From assembly GCA_039193195.1 (NCBI GenBank), contig JBCCWS010000004.1, positions 101,908 to 165,907 on the forward strand: 64,000 bases of DNA, read 5' to 3'. Origin of the DNA: Pseudomonadota bacterium (lineage in GTDB: Bacteria > Pseudomonadota > Gammaproteobacteria > Steroidobacterales > JBCBZW01). Within the stretch, counting starts at the first letter, position 1. Each line of letters begins with the position of its first letter. Below are positions 1 through 8,389 of this stretch, one piece after another. The notes under the pieces are model-generated. The model made no database searches, was not told the origin of the DNA, and worked only from the letters and a program-made list of their open reading frames with translations. The translations under genes were made by a program, and so were the position numbers.

Positions 1-1264
1 CGTTGGCGCCATGGGTAAGTCGGCACAGGTGCCGCTGCACGTATGGCTGCCGGACTCCATGGAAGGGCCGACACCGATCTCCGCGCTCATTCACGCCGCC
101 ACCATGGTCACCGCCGGTATCTTCATGGTGGCTCGCATGTCGCCCCTATTCGAGCTGTCAACGACAGCGCTCAACACGGTGCTGGTCATCGGCGCCACGA
201 CTGCCTTCTTCATGGGCCTGCTCGGGGTCGTGCAGAACGACATCAAGCGGGTGGTGGCCTATTCGACCCTCTCCCAGCTCGGGTACATGGTTGTCGCCTT
301 AGGGGTCTCGGCCTATGCGGCCGGCGTTTTCCATCTGGTGACGCATGCCTTCTTCAAGGCGCTCCTGTTCCTGGCGGCAGGCTCGGTGATCATCGCCATG
401 CACCACAAGCAGGACATGCGAGAAATGGGCGGCCTGCGCAAATACATGCCGATCACCTACTGGACCTCATTGCTCGGCTCCCTCGCCTTGGTCGGCGCGC
501 CGTTCTTCTCCGGTTTCTACTCGAAGGATGTGATCATCGAGGCGGTCCACGCCTCGGAGTTACCGGGCGCACACTACGCCTACTGGGCGGTGCTGCTTGG
601 CGTGTTCTTCACCGCGCTCTACACGTTCCGCATGTTCTTCATGGTGTTCCACGGCGAGGAACGCATGGACGCCGAGACCAAGTCACACCTCCACGAGTCA
701 CCCTGGGTGGTGACGGTGCCGCTCGTGCTGCTCGCGATTCCATCGGTAGTGCTGGGGGGTATGGCGATCGAACCGTTCCTGTTCGATCACTTCTTTGACG
801 GAGTGATCACGGTCGATCATCACCATGATGTGCTCCATCACGTGGGTGATCACTTCAAGGGAGCCATTCCCTTTGCCCTGGCATCCGTGAAGCACCCGCC
901 GCTGTACCTGACGGTCGCCGGCGTAGGGTTGGCTTGGTACCTGTTCCTACATCGCCCGCAGTTGGCGACGGTGCTTGCCCAGCGCCTGTCCCCAGTAAAC
1001 GCCTTGCTCGTCAACAAGTACCACTTCGATACGGTGTACGAGCGGGGGCTCGCAGCGGGCACGCGGCTGCTAGGCCGTAGCCTGTGGAGAATCGGCGATG
1101 TGAGCGTGATCGATGGGGCCCTTGTGAACGGGGCCGCGAACACTGTTGGCTGGATCTCAGGCGTGGCCCGCCGGCTGCAGAGCGGCTACCTCTACCACTA
1201 CGCGTTCGCCATGATCATCGGGCTTGCGGCCATGCTTGGCTGGCTGCTGACGGAAGGGAAGTAA
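1..1264 (+). CDS. nuoL: NADH-quinone oxidoreductase subunit L, C-terminal ~417 aa (5' end outside window)
   Basis: The frame of track ORF 11..1264 is open to the window edge. GKSAQVPLHVWLPDSMEGPTPISALIHAATMVTAG is the conserved NuoL/ND5 antiporter-like core. nuoM and nuoN follow directly. Confidence 0.93.
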   Translation, partial: VGAMGKSAQVPLHVWLPDSMEGPTPISALIHAATMVTAGIFMVARMSPLFELSTTALNTVLVIGATTAFFMGLLGVVQNDIKRVVAYSTLSQLGYMVVALGVSAYAAGVFHLVTHAFFKALLFLAAGSVIIAMHHKQDMREMGGLRKYMPITYWTSLLGSLALVGAPFFSGFYSKDVIIEAVHASELPGAHYAYWAVLLGVFFTALYTFRMFFMVFHGEERMDAETKSHLHESPWVVTVPLVLLAIPSVVLGGMAIEPFLFDHFFDGVITVDHHHDVLHHVGDHFKGAIPFALASVKHPPLYLTVAGVGLAWYLFLHRPQLATVLAQRLSPVNALLVNKYHFDTVYERGLAAGTRLLGRSLWRIGDVSVIDGALVNGAANTVGWISGVARRLQSGYLYHYAFAMIIGLAAMLGWLLTEGK

Positions 1265-1267
1265 CTA

Positions 1268-2806
1268 GTGATGTTCGCGGAGCTGCCGCTGCTCAGTCTT
1301 CTCATCTGGCTGCCGATGATCGGCGGAGTGTTGGCGATAGGTACGGGCGAGAACAACAACGCCCTCGCACGTCAGATCGGCCTGGGTGTGTCGATTCTCA
1401 CCTTCCTGGCGAGCATTCCCCTATGGACCGGCTTCGACAGCGGGACAGCGGCCATGCAGTTTGAAGAGCAGCTGCCTTGGATCCCACTGCTAAATGCCAC
1501 GTATCACCTCGGCGTCGATGGGATCTCGATGCCGCTGATCATCCTCACCACCTTTACCACGGTGCTGGTGATGGTCGCCGGGTGGGATGTGATCCAGCAC
1601 CGAGTCGGCCAGTACATCGGCTCCTTCCTGATTCTTGAGGGAGTGATGGTCGGCGTGTTCGCGGCCATCGATGGGTTGCTCTTCTACGTGTTTTGGGAAG
1701 CGATGCTGATCCCGATGTTCCTCATCATCGGGGTGTGGGGCGGGCCGCGGCGGATCTACGCGACCATCAAGTTCTTCCTGTACACGTTTTTGGGCTCGGT
1801 GCTAATGCTGGTGGCGGTGATCTACCTCTACCTAAAGAGTGGCAGCTACGAACTGGCGGATTTTTACGCGACACCGCTCGGAATCAACGAGCAGCGCTTC
1901 ATCTTCCTTGCCTTCCTAGCAGCATTCGCCGTCAAGGTGCCGATGTGGCCAGTGCACACCTGGCTTCCCGATGCCCACGTGGAAGCGCCCACGGGCGGGT
2001 CGGTCATCCTCGCGGCGTTGATGCTGAAAGTGGGCGGCTACGGGTTCCTTCGTTTCAGCCTGCCGGTCACGCCGGACGCGAGCAATGAGCTCGACATGCT
2101 GTTGATCACCCTTTCCTTGGTCGCCGTGGTGTACATCGGTTTTGTGGCCCTCGCTCAGCAGGACATGAAGAAGTTGATCGCCTACTCGTCGATCGCGCAC
2201 ATGGGTTTCGTCACGCTCGGCTTCTTCATCCCCTTTGCGGTACTTCGCTCAACAGGCGCCCTGCAGGGTGCCTCCCTCGGGATCGAGGGTGGCATGGTGC
2301 AGATGGTCTCCCACGGCCTGATCTCCGGCGCACTGTTCCTTTGCGTCGGCGTGCTCTACGACCGCATGCACAGTCGAGAGATCAGTGCTTACGGCGGTGT
2401 GGCGAACACCATGCCGAAGTTCGCCGCGCTGATGGTCCTGTTCGCCCTCGCCAACGCAGGGTTGCCCGGCACCTCGGGGTTCGTCGGTGAGTTCATGGTC
2501 GTGCTCGGTACCTACAAGGCGAACGCGTGGTTCGCCGTACTTGCAGCGACGACGCTGATTCTCGGTGCCGCGTACACGCTGTGGTTGGTGAAGCGCGTGG
2601 TGTTTGGAGAGGTGGCAAACGACAACGTGGCGCAACTGCGGGACGTCAACCGGCGGGAGTTCGCCATGCTCTTTGTGCTGGCGCTAGCGGTGCTCGCGCT
2701 CGGTGTGTGGCCTGACCCGTTGGTGGATGTGATGCACGTTAGCGTCGACAATCTGCTCGAGCAGGCCACCACGAGTAAGTTGGAAACGCTGGAGGCGGCG
2801 CTGTGA
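1268..2806 (+). CDS. nuoM: NADH-quinone oxidoreductase subunit M
   Basis: 512-aa polytopic membrane protein. WPVHTWLPDAHVEAPTGGSVILAALMLKVGGYGFLRF is the NuoM/ND4 signature. It starts 3 nt after nuoL. Confidence 0.95.
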   Translation: MMFAELPLLSLLIWLPMIGGVLAIGTGENNNALARQIGLGVSILTFLASIPLWTGFDSGTAAMQFEEQLPWIPLLNATYHLGVDGISMPLIILTTFTTVLVMVAGWDVIQHRVGQYIGSFLILEGVMVGVFAAIDGLLFYVFWEAMLIPMFLIIGVWGGPRRIYATIKFFLYTFLGSVLMLVAVIYLYLKSGSYELADFYATPLGINEQRFIFLAFLAAFAVKVPMWPVHTWLPDAHVEAPTGGSVILAALMLKVGGYGFLRFSLPVTPDASNELDMLLITLSLVAVVYIGFVALAQQDMKKLIAYSSIAHMGFVTLGFFIPFAVLRSTGALQGASLGIEGGMVQMVSHGLISGALFLCVGVLYDRMHSREISAYGGVANTMPKFAALMVLFALANAGLPGTSGFVGEFMVVLGTYKANAWFAVLAATTLILGAAYTLWLVKRVVFGEVANDNVAQLRDVNRREFAMLFVLALAVLALGVWPDPLVDVMHVSVDNLLEQATTSKLETLEAAL

Positions 2807-4251
2807 TCGAAGGTTGGGCTGGACTGGCGCCCGCGATCGGCGAGATCGCGCTGCTCTCGCTGGCGTGCACTGTGCTGCTGTACGACGCCTTCGCAGGCGA
2901 CGGTGGCCGCCGACTGACAGCGCCGCTGAGCATCGGCGCACTCCTCGCGCTCCTCCTGCTCCTCATCCAAACGTGGCCTAGCGACGCGCTGATCACGCTT
3001 GGCGGCCACTACGTCGCAGACCCCCTTGCGAGTCTGCTTAAGATCGTGGCGACCATTACTGCGGCGATTGTATTCGTCTACTCACGACGCTACGTAGCGG
3101 ATCGAGGCATTGAAAAGGGGGAGTATTGGATCCTCTCCCTTTTCGGGCTGCTCGGTATCTTCGTGCTGTCATCCGCGTACAGTTTCCTAACACTCTACTT
3201 AGGTCTTGAGCTGCTATCCCTCTCGCTTTACGCGCTTGTTGCCTTCGATCGCAACTCCTCCGTCTCGGCGGAGTCCGCTATGAAGTACTTTGTACTGGGT
3301 GCGATCGCCTCCGGTGCTCTGCTGTATGGTTTCTCGTTGGTGTACGGCGTGACCGGCGCACTGTCCTTGGGAGAGGTGGCATCCGCTTCTGCTGATCTCG
3401 ACCAAGGGGCCTCCCTGGTGCTCGTCGTCGGCATCGCGTTTATGGTGGTGGGCGTGGCCTTCAAGTTGGGCGGAGTCCCATTTCACATGTGGCTGCCGGA
3501 CGTTTATCACGGCGCACCTACCTCCGTGACCATGTACGTAGCCACCGTCTCCAAGGTGGGGGCCTTGGCGCTGGCGCTACGTCTGCTGCAGGATGGCCTC
3601 GCCGGGCATCATGCTGATTGGCAAGGCATGCTGGTGGTGGTCACGATGCTGTCCCTAGCAGTGGGCAACATCGTGGCGATCGCGCAGACCAACGTGAAGC
3701 GCCTGCTCGCGTATTCCGCCATCTCCCACGTCGGCTTCATTCTGCTTGGACTCTCGACCGGGACCCCGATGGGAAACGCTAGCGCCTTGCTCTATACGAT
3801 TGTGTACGTGCTGATGGCGGCGGGTGCCTTCGGTGTGATCATCCTGCTCACGCGGGCTGGCTTTGAGGCGGACGAGTTGACGGACCTCGCGGGTCTCAAC
3901 GAGCGCAGTCGCTGGTTTGCCGGGATCATGCTGGTCATGATGTTCAGCATGGCTGGCCTACCACCGTTCTTGGGGTTCCACGCCAAGGTCGCGATTATCC
4001 AAGCGACCCTCGACGCCGGCTACACCTGGCTGGCGGTGTACGCCATCCTGATGTCCGTCATTGGCGCCTTCTACTACATACGCGTGATCAAGCTGATGTA
4101 CTTCGACAGCAGCGAGCACGAGCCGACCCTGATGAAGGACCCAACCGCACGAGTAGTGCTTAGCGCCAATGGCCTCGCCGTACTGCTGTTGGGGTTTTTC
4201 CCCGCACCGTTGCTTACCCTTTGCGTAGCGGTGATCGCGGGCGCTGCTTGA
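2803..4251 (+). CDS. nuoN: NADH-quinone oxidoreductase subunit N
   Basis: 482 aa. GGVPFHMWLPDVYHGAPTSVTMYVATVSKVGA is the NuoN/ND2 signature. GTGA start/stop overlap with nuoM at 2803-2806. Confidence 0.95.
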   Translation: MIEGWAGLAPAIGEIALLSLACTVLLYDAFAGDGGRRLTAPLSIGALLALLLLLIQTWPSDALITLGGHYVADPLASLLKIVATITAAIVFVYSRRYVADRGIEKGEYWILSLFGLLGIFVLSSAYSFLTLYLGLELLSLSLYALVAFDRNSSVSAESAMKYFVLGAIASGALLYGFSLVYGVTGALSLGEVASASADLDQGASLVLVVGIAFMVVGVAFKLGGVPFHMWLPDVYHGAPTSVTMYVATVSKVGALALALRLLQDGLAGHHADWQGMLVVVTMLSLAVGNIVAIAQTNVKRLLAYSAISHVGFILLGLSTGTPMGNASALLYTIVYVLMAAGAFGVIILLTRAGFEADELTDLAGLNERSRWFAGIMLVMMFSMAGLPPFLGFHAKVAIIQATLDAGYTWLAVYAILMSVIGAFYYIRVIKLMYFDSSEHEPTLMKDPTARVVLSANGLAVLLLGFFPAPLLTLCVAVIAGAA

Positions 4252-4276
4252 AGGACCCGCGAGGGGTCGCTATACT
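4248..4276 (+). promoter_or_regulatory. sigma70-like promoter for the initiator tRNA
   Basis: TTGAAG (4248-4253), a 17-nt spacer, then TATACT (4271-4276). It overlaps the nuoN stop codon and ends 12 nt before the tRNA 5' end. Confidence 0.45.
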
Positions 4277-4288
4277 AATCGGATCAGG

Positions 4289-4365
4289 TGCGGGGTGGAG
4301 CAGTCTGGCAGCTCGTCGGGCTCATAACCCGAAGGTCGCAGGTTCAAATCCTGCCCCCGCTACCA
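4289..4365 (+). tRNA. initiator tRNA-fMet (anticodon CAT)
   Basis: 77 nt, near-identical in layout to E. coli tRNA-fMet: TGCGGGGTGGAGCAG...TCGGGCTCATAACCCGA...GGTTCAAATCC...CCCCGCTACCA. It has three consecutive G:C pairs closing the anticodon stem, no Watson-Crick pair at 1:72 (T/T here, C/A in E. coli), and an encoded CCA. Confidence 0.93.
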
Positions 4366-4414
4366 ACCTCTCATCTTCTGCTCCACGTCACTGACCGGTG
4401 ACCCACCGCGGCAC

Positions 4415-5266
4415 TTGCCGCCCGCTTGGGGCGATCGTCTACCGCGGCTGCTTCAGCAACTTCCTGGCTATCGATTGGCGAGTGTCGCCGCCGTGAGGCT
4501 TTTCGCACTATCCGATGTGCACGTGGACTACCCGGGGAACGCCGAGTGGCTCGACGCTATCTCGACGGCGGATTTCGCGGACGACCTACTGATTCTCGCC
4601 GGCGACATCAGCGATTTACCCGCGCGTATCCGTGAGACCTTCACTACGCTCACGCGACGCTTCAAGGCCGTGCATTACGTGCCGGGTAACCATGAGCTCT
4701 GGGTACGTCGCTGTGGCTTCCACAGCTCCTTAGACAAGTTCGAGGCCGTGTTGCAGCTCGCGCAGGACCACGGCGTGTATTGCACGCCTTGCCAGTACCC
4801 GGGCCTGCTGGTCGTACCGCTCTTTGGCTGGTACGACGGCACCTTCGGGGAGCCATCGCCGGTCCTGAAGCGCCAATGGATGGATTTTCGAGCCTGCCGC
4901 TGGGGTGGCCAGAGCGACATCGAGGTGACCGGCCATTTCATCGACCGCAACGCGGTGGCGGTAGAGGCCTCGGCGATCGTTCAAGGAACGCCAACCGTGG
5001 TGAGCTTCTCGCACTTTCTGCCGCGGATCGACGTGATGCCGTCCTACATCCCGGACAGGTACCGGATGCTGTACCCGGTGCTCGGCAGCGTCCGGCTGGA
5101 TGAGCAAGTGCGTGCGCTTGGCGCCAGCGTGCATGTTTACGGGCATAGCCACGTAAACCGAAGCGTGCGTCTAGACGGCTGTCGCTACATCAACAACGCC
5201 TTGGGTGGGCCCTCCGAGACGCGCATCTGCGCCCGGGAGCTGCGCTGCGTGTACGAAACGCCGTGA
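4415..5266 (+). CDS. calcineurin-like metallophosphoesterase
   Basis: Ordered metallophosphoesterase motifs are present: LSDVHVD, LAGDISD, VPGNHE, SHF, GHSH. The true start is probably the in-frame GTG at 4493 (VRLFALSDVH), so the 5' end is uncertain. Confidence 0.8.
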   Translation: MPPAWGDRLPRLLQQLPGYRLASVAAVRLFALSDVHVDYPGNAEWLDAISTADFADDLLILAGDISDLPARIRETFTTLTRRFKAVHYVPGNHELWVRRCGFHSSLDKFEAVLQLAQDHGVYCTPCQYPGLLVVPLFGWYDGTFGEPSPVLKRQWMDFRACRWGGQSDIEVTGHFIDRNAVAVEASAIVQGTPTVVSFSHFLPRIDVMPSYIPDRYRMLYPVLGSVRLDEQVRALGASVHVYGHSHVNRSVRLDGCRYINNALGGPSETRICARELRCVYETP

Positions 5267-6114
5267 GCCCTGACACGCGATCAGCTGCGCTACCCCGGCC
5301 CAGGGCCGGTGAAGTTCATCTGTGGTTCGCGCTTGCTGACGGAGCGCCGAGCGAGCCGAAGCTAGCCGCCCAGTACGCGAGCTGGTTGAGCGCCGACGAG
5401 CGCGAGCGCTGGGCGCGCTTTCGCTTCGAGCGCGACCGTGATCGCTACCTGCTGGCGCGAGGTTTGGTCCGTGCCACCCTTTCTCGCTATGTGCCCGGAA
5501 GAGCTGAGGCTGCGTGGCGCTTCCGAAACAACGCGCATGGGCGGCCGTTTATCGCCCACGGACAGCAACCGCCTGGGGACGCGCTCTACTTTAGTCTGTC
5601 ACACACGCAGGGCCTGGTGGCACTCGCAATCGCGCGCTGCGAGGAGATTGGAGTGGACGTGGAACCCCTCGACCGAGACGGCCCACACCTGGAGATGGCT
5701 GAACGCTTCTTCGCCCCCGCTGAGGCCACCGCGCTGCGGGCCTTGGCAGGGCCGGCGGCTCACCGCAAACGATTCGTGGAACTGTGGACGTTGAAAGAGT
5801 CTTACATCAAGGCTCGGGGAATGGGCATGGCACTGCCATTAGACGGCTTCGCGTTCGATCTGAATCGTCCCGAAGAGATGGGCTTCCGCACCTGGGCGAG
5901 CGCCCGAGATCGGGCCGAAGGGTGGCGATTCGGCCTCTTCGAGTACGCCGCCTCCCACCGAGTGGCGCTCGCGTTGCGAGAGCACCGCGCGGCGGACACG
6001 GCGCTCAGGATACGCGCAGGAGTCTTCCCAGGCGCCGGCGCGGCACCGGGGCGCTTACCCCTCGCCCTGACGCGGCGATCCACAGCGGTGCTGCACATTG
6101 AGGCATTGATCTAG
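5263..6114 (+). CDS. 4'-phosphopantetheinyl transferase (Sfp/EntD-type)
   Basis: Motifs: FSLSHTQGLVALAI, GVDVEP, and WTLKESYIKARGMG (the W/F-x-x-KE-S/A-x-x-K PPTase motif). GTGA overlap with the upstream phosphoesterase at 5263-5266. Confidence 0.85.
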   Translation: MSPDTRSAALPRPRAGEVHLWFALADGAPSEPKLAAQYASWLSADERERWARFRFERDRDRYLLARGLVRATLSRYVPGRAEAAWRFRNNAHGRPFIAHGQQPPGDALYFSLSHTQGLVALAIARCEEIGVDVEPLDRDGPHLEMAERFFAPAEATALRALAGPAAHRKRFVELWTLKESYIKARGMGMALPLDGFAFDLNRPEEMGFRTWASARDRAEGWRFGLFEYAASHRVALALREHRAADTALRIRAGVFPGAGAAPGRLPLALTRRSTAVLHIEALI

Positions 6115-6175
6115 CACGCAACCGCCGAGAGAGACGGGTGGGCTACTGGGCGAGCAAAATTCGCCCCGAGCGCAT

Positions 6176-6204
6176 TTGTGCTTTCCTAGGGGCACCGCTA
6201 TTAT
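6176..6204 (+). promoter_or_regulatory. sigma70-like promoter in the PPTase-rimP spacer
   Basis: TTGTGC (6176-6181), a 17-nt spacer, then TATTAT (6199-6204). Confidence 0.4.
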
Positions 6205-6210
6205 AAGCGG

Positions 6211-6346
6211 CTGTCGGAGGAGTGCTGATTTCCTCCCATCGGCCCGTGAGTGTAGCTGGCTGGTACGCGTACCCCGTATGCAACGGGTAGATACGCAGGA
6301 CTCTTTTTGGAAAGAAGGGCCCCTCAGGGGCCCTTTTTGTTTTTTC
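6211..6346 (+). promoter_or_regulatory. structured ~135-nt leader (or small RNA) ending in an intrinsic terminator, immediately upstream of rimP
   Basis: Hairpins: GGAGGA-gtgctgatt-TCCTCC, and GCGTACCCCGT-atgca-ACGGGtagaTACGC. The terminator follows at 6311-6346. Confidence 0.35.
6311..6346 (+). terminator. rho-independent terminator
   Basis: GGGCCCC (6317-6323), loop TCA, GGGGCCC (6327-6333), followed by TTTTTGTTTTTT. An A-rich tract (AAAGAA) precedes the stem. Confidence 0.8.
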
Positions 6347-6396
6347 TACGGGCGCCTGGACGCGCTCTCAACCGCGGTTTGGCGCGGCGGAGACGA

Positions 6397-6846
6397 ATGC
6401 GAGATCGATTGATACAACTTCTAGAACCCGCTGTCGAGAGCATCGGTTTCGAATTGCTCGACGTGGAGTACACCCAGGTGGGATCTCGCAACACGCTACG
6501 CCTATTTATCGACAAGCCTGAGGGAATCACCGTGGACGACTGCGGTGACGTGAGTCGCCACGTGAGCGCCACCCTCGATGTCGAGGACCCAATCACCGAT
6601 GCATACGACCTAGAAGTCTCCTCACCCGGCGAGCGCCGACCGTTGCGGACTGCCTCGCACTTCCAGCGTGCCATCGGTGAGCGGATTCGAGTGGAGCTCG
6701 GCGTGGGCCTAGAGGGTCGCCGTCGATTCACTGGAATTGTCGAGAGCGCCGACGAGCAGACGATCGCGCTCGATGTAGATCACGAGGATTTCCGCCTACC
6801 ACTGGCGGATGTCGTACGCGCCCACGTAGCGCCCAGGACGAAGTGA
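6397..6846 (+). CDS. rimP: ribosome maturation factor RimP
   Basis: [18 protein letters not shown]...[33 protein letters not shown]...[14 protein letters not shown] is typical RimP. I chose ATG 6397 (GGAG 4 nt upstream) over the track start 6307, which would run through the terminator. Confidence 0.9.
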   Translation: MRDRLIQLLEPAVESIGFELLDVEYTQVGSRNTLRLFIDKPEGITVDDCGDVSRHVSATLDVEDPITDAYDLEVSSPGERRPLRTASHFQRAIGERIRVELGVGLEGRRRFTGIVESADEQTIALDVDHEDFRLPLADVVRAHVAPRTK

Positions 6847-6856
6847 GATCTCGCCC

Positions 6857-8368
6857 ATGCTGAACAAAGAAATCCTGCTGGTCGTCGATGCTGTCTCGAA
6901 CGAGAAGGGTGTCGACAGGGAGATCATCTTCGAGGCGATCGAAGCGGCGCTAGCCTCGGCCACGCGCAAGCTCCACGGCGAGGACATCGATGTGCGGGTC
7001 GCTATCGATCGTAAATCAGGCGACTACGACACCTTTCGGCGCTGGAAGGTGTTCGCCGACGAGTCCGATGAACTGGAATTCCCGGAGCGCGAACTTCGCC
7101 TGGACGACGCCCGAGACTACGACGCCGACATCGAGCCCGGCGGCTATGTGGAGGAGCCGATCGAATCCGTTGAGTTCGGCCGCATAGCTGCGCAAACCGC
7201 CAAGCAGGTGATCGTTCAGCGCGTGCGCGAAGCGGAACGAGCGCAGGTGGTGGAGGAGTACCAGGATCGCGTCGGTGAGTTGATCAGCGGAACCGTGAAG
7301 CGCGTTGACCGTACCGGCGTCTACGTCGACCTTGGGGGCAACGCGGAAGCTTTCATTCCGCGCGAATTTATGATTCCGCGCGAGCCGATTCGGACACAGG
7401 ATCGCGTGAAGGGGTTCCTGCGTGAGGTGCGCTCAGAGCCGCGCGGGCCCCAGCTTTTCCTGACGCGTACGGCGCCGGAGTTCTTGATTGAGCTGTTTAA
7501 GGTGGAAGTGCCGGAAGTGGGGCAGGGGCTCATCGACATCGTGGCCGCGGCTCGGGACCCAGGACTACGGGCCAAGATCGCTGTGCGCAGCCACGATCCG
7601 CGCATCGACCCCGTCGGCGCTTGCGTCGGAATGCGAGGCTCTCGCGTGCAAGCGGTTTCGAACGAGCTGGCCGGTGAGCGCGTCGACATCATCCTGCACG
7701 ACGAGAACCCGGCCCAGTTCGTGGTCAACGCGATGTCGCCGGCAGACGTGCTGTCGATCGTGGTGGATGAGGACAACCACAGCATGGACGTGGCTGTCGA
7801 GGAAGAGAAGCTCTCCCAAGCCATCGGTCGCGGCGGCCAAAATATCCGTTTGGCCAGCGAGCTGTCCGGTTGGGAACTCAACGTGATGACCGCCGAGGCC
7901 GCCGAACAGAAGTCCGAGGATGAGGCACGCGGCCATGCGGAGATGTTCGCCAAGTCCCTAGATGTGGACGATGAGGTTGCCACGATCCTGGTGCAGGAGG
8001 GTTTTTCCAGTATCGAAGAGGTGGCCTACGTACCGACCTCGGAGCTGCTCAGCATCGATGAGTTCGATGAGGCGGTGGTGGAAGAGCTGCGCAACCGTGC
8101 GCGTGATGTGCTGCTAACACAGGCCATCGCACGCGAAGAGGTGATCGAATCGCGGCAGCCCGAGCAGGACCTGCTCGACCTCGAGGGTATGACGCCCGAA
8201 CTTGCTACTCGACTCGCTGCACGTGGCATTGTGAGCCGAGAGGACCTGGCCGAGCAGGCCACCGATGATCTTGAGGATGTGCCTGATCTGGAGGCCGAGC
8301 AGGCCGCCGAGTTGATCATGAAGGCCCGTGCTCACTGGTTCGAGTCCGAAGAGACGAACCAGGCTTAA
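6857..8368 (+). CDS. nusA: transcription termination/antitermination factor NusA
   Basis: 503 aa. [36 protein letters not shown]-terminus, S1/KH region ([25 protein letters not shown]) and an acidic C-terminal HhH repeat region. Conserved rimP-nusA-infB order. Confidence 0.96.
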   Translation: MLNKEILLVVDAVSNEKGVDREIIFEAIEAALASATRKLHGEDIDVRVAIDRKSGDYDTFRRWKVFADESDELEFPERELRLDDARDYDADIEPGGYVEEPIESVEFGRIAAQTAKQVIVQRVREAERAQVVEEYQDRVGELISGTVKRVDRTGVYVDLGGNAEAFIPREFMIPREPIRTQDRVKGFLREVRSEPRGPQLFLTRTAPEFLIELFKVEVPEVGQGLIDIVAAARDPGLRAKIAVRSHDPRIDPVGACVGMRGSRVQAVSNELAGERVDIILHDENPAQFVVNAMSPADVLSIVVDEDNHSMDVAVEEEKLSQAIGRGGQNIRLASELSGWELNVMTAEAAEQKSEDEARGHAEMFAKSLDVDDEVATILVQEGFSSIEEVAYVPTSELLSIDEFDEAVVEELRNRARDVLLTQAIAREEVIESRQPEQDLLDLEGMTPELATRLAARGIVSREDLAEQATDDLEDVPDLEAEQAAELIMKARAHWFESEETNQA

Positions 8369-8389
8369 AGCCTAAGCGCTGGAGTTGCA

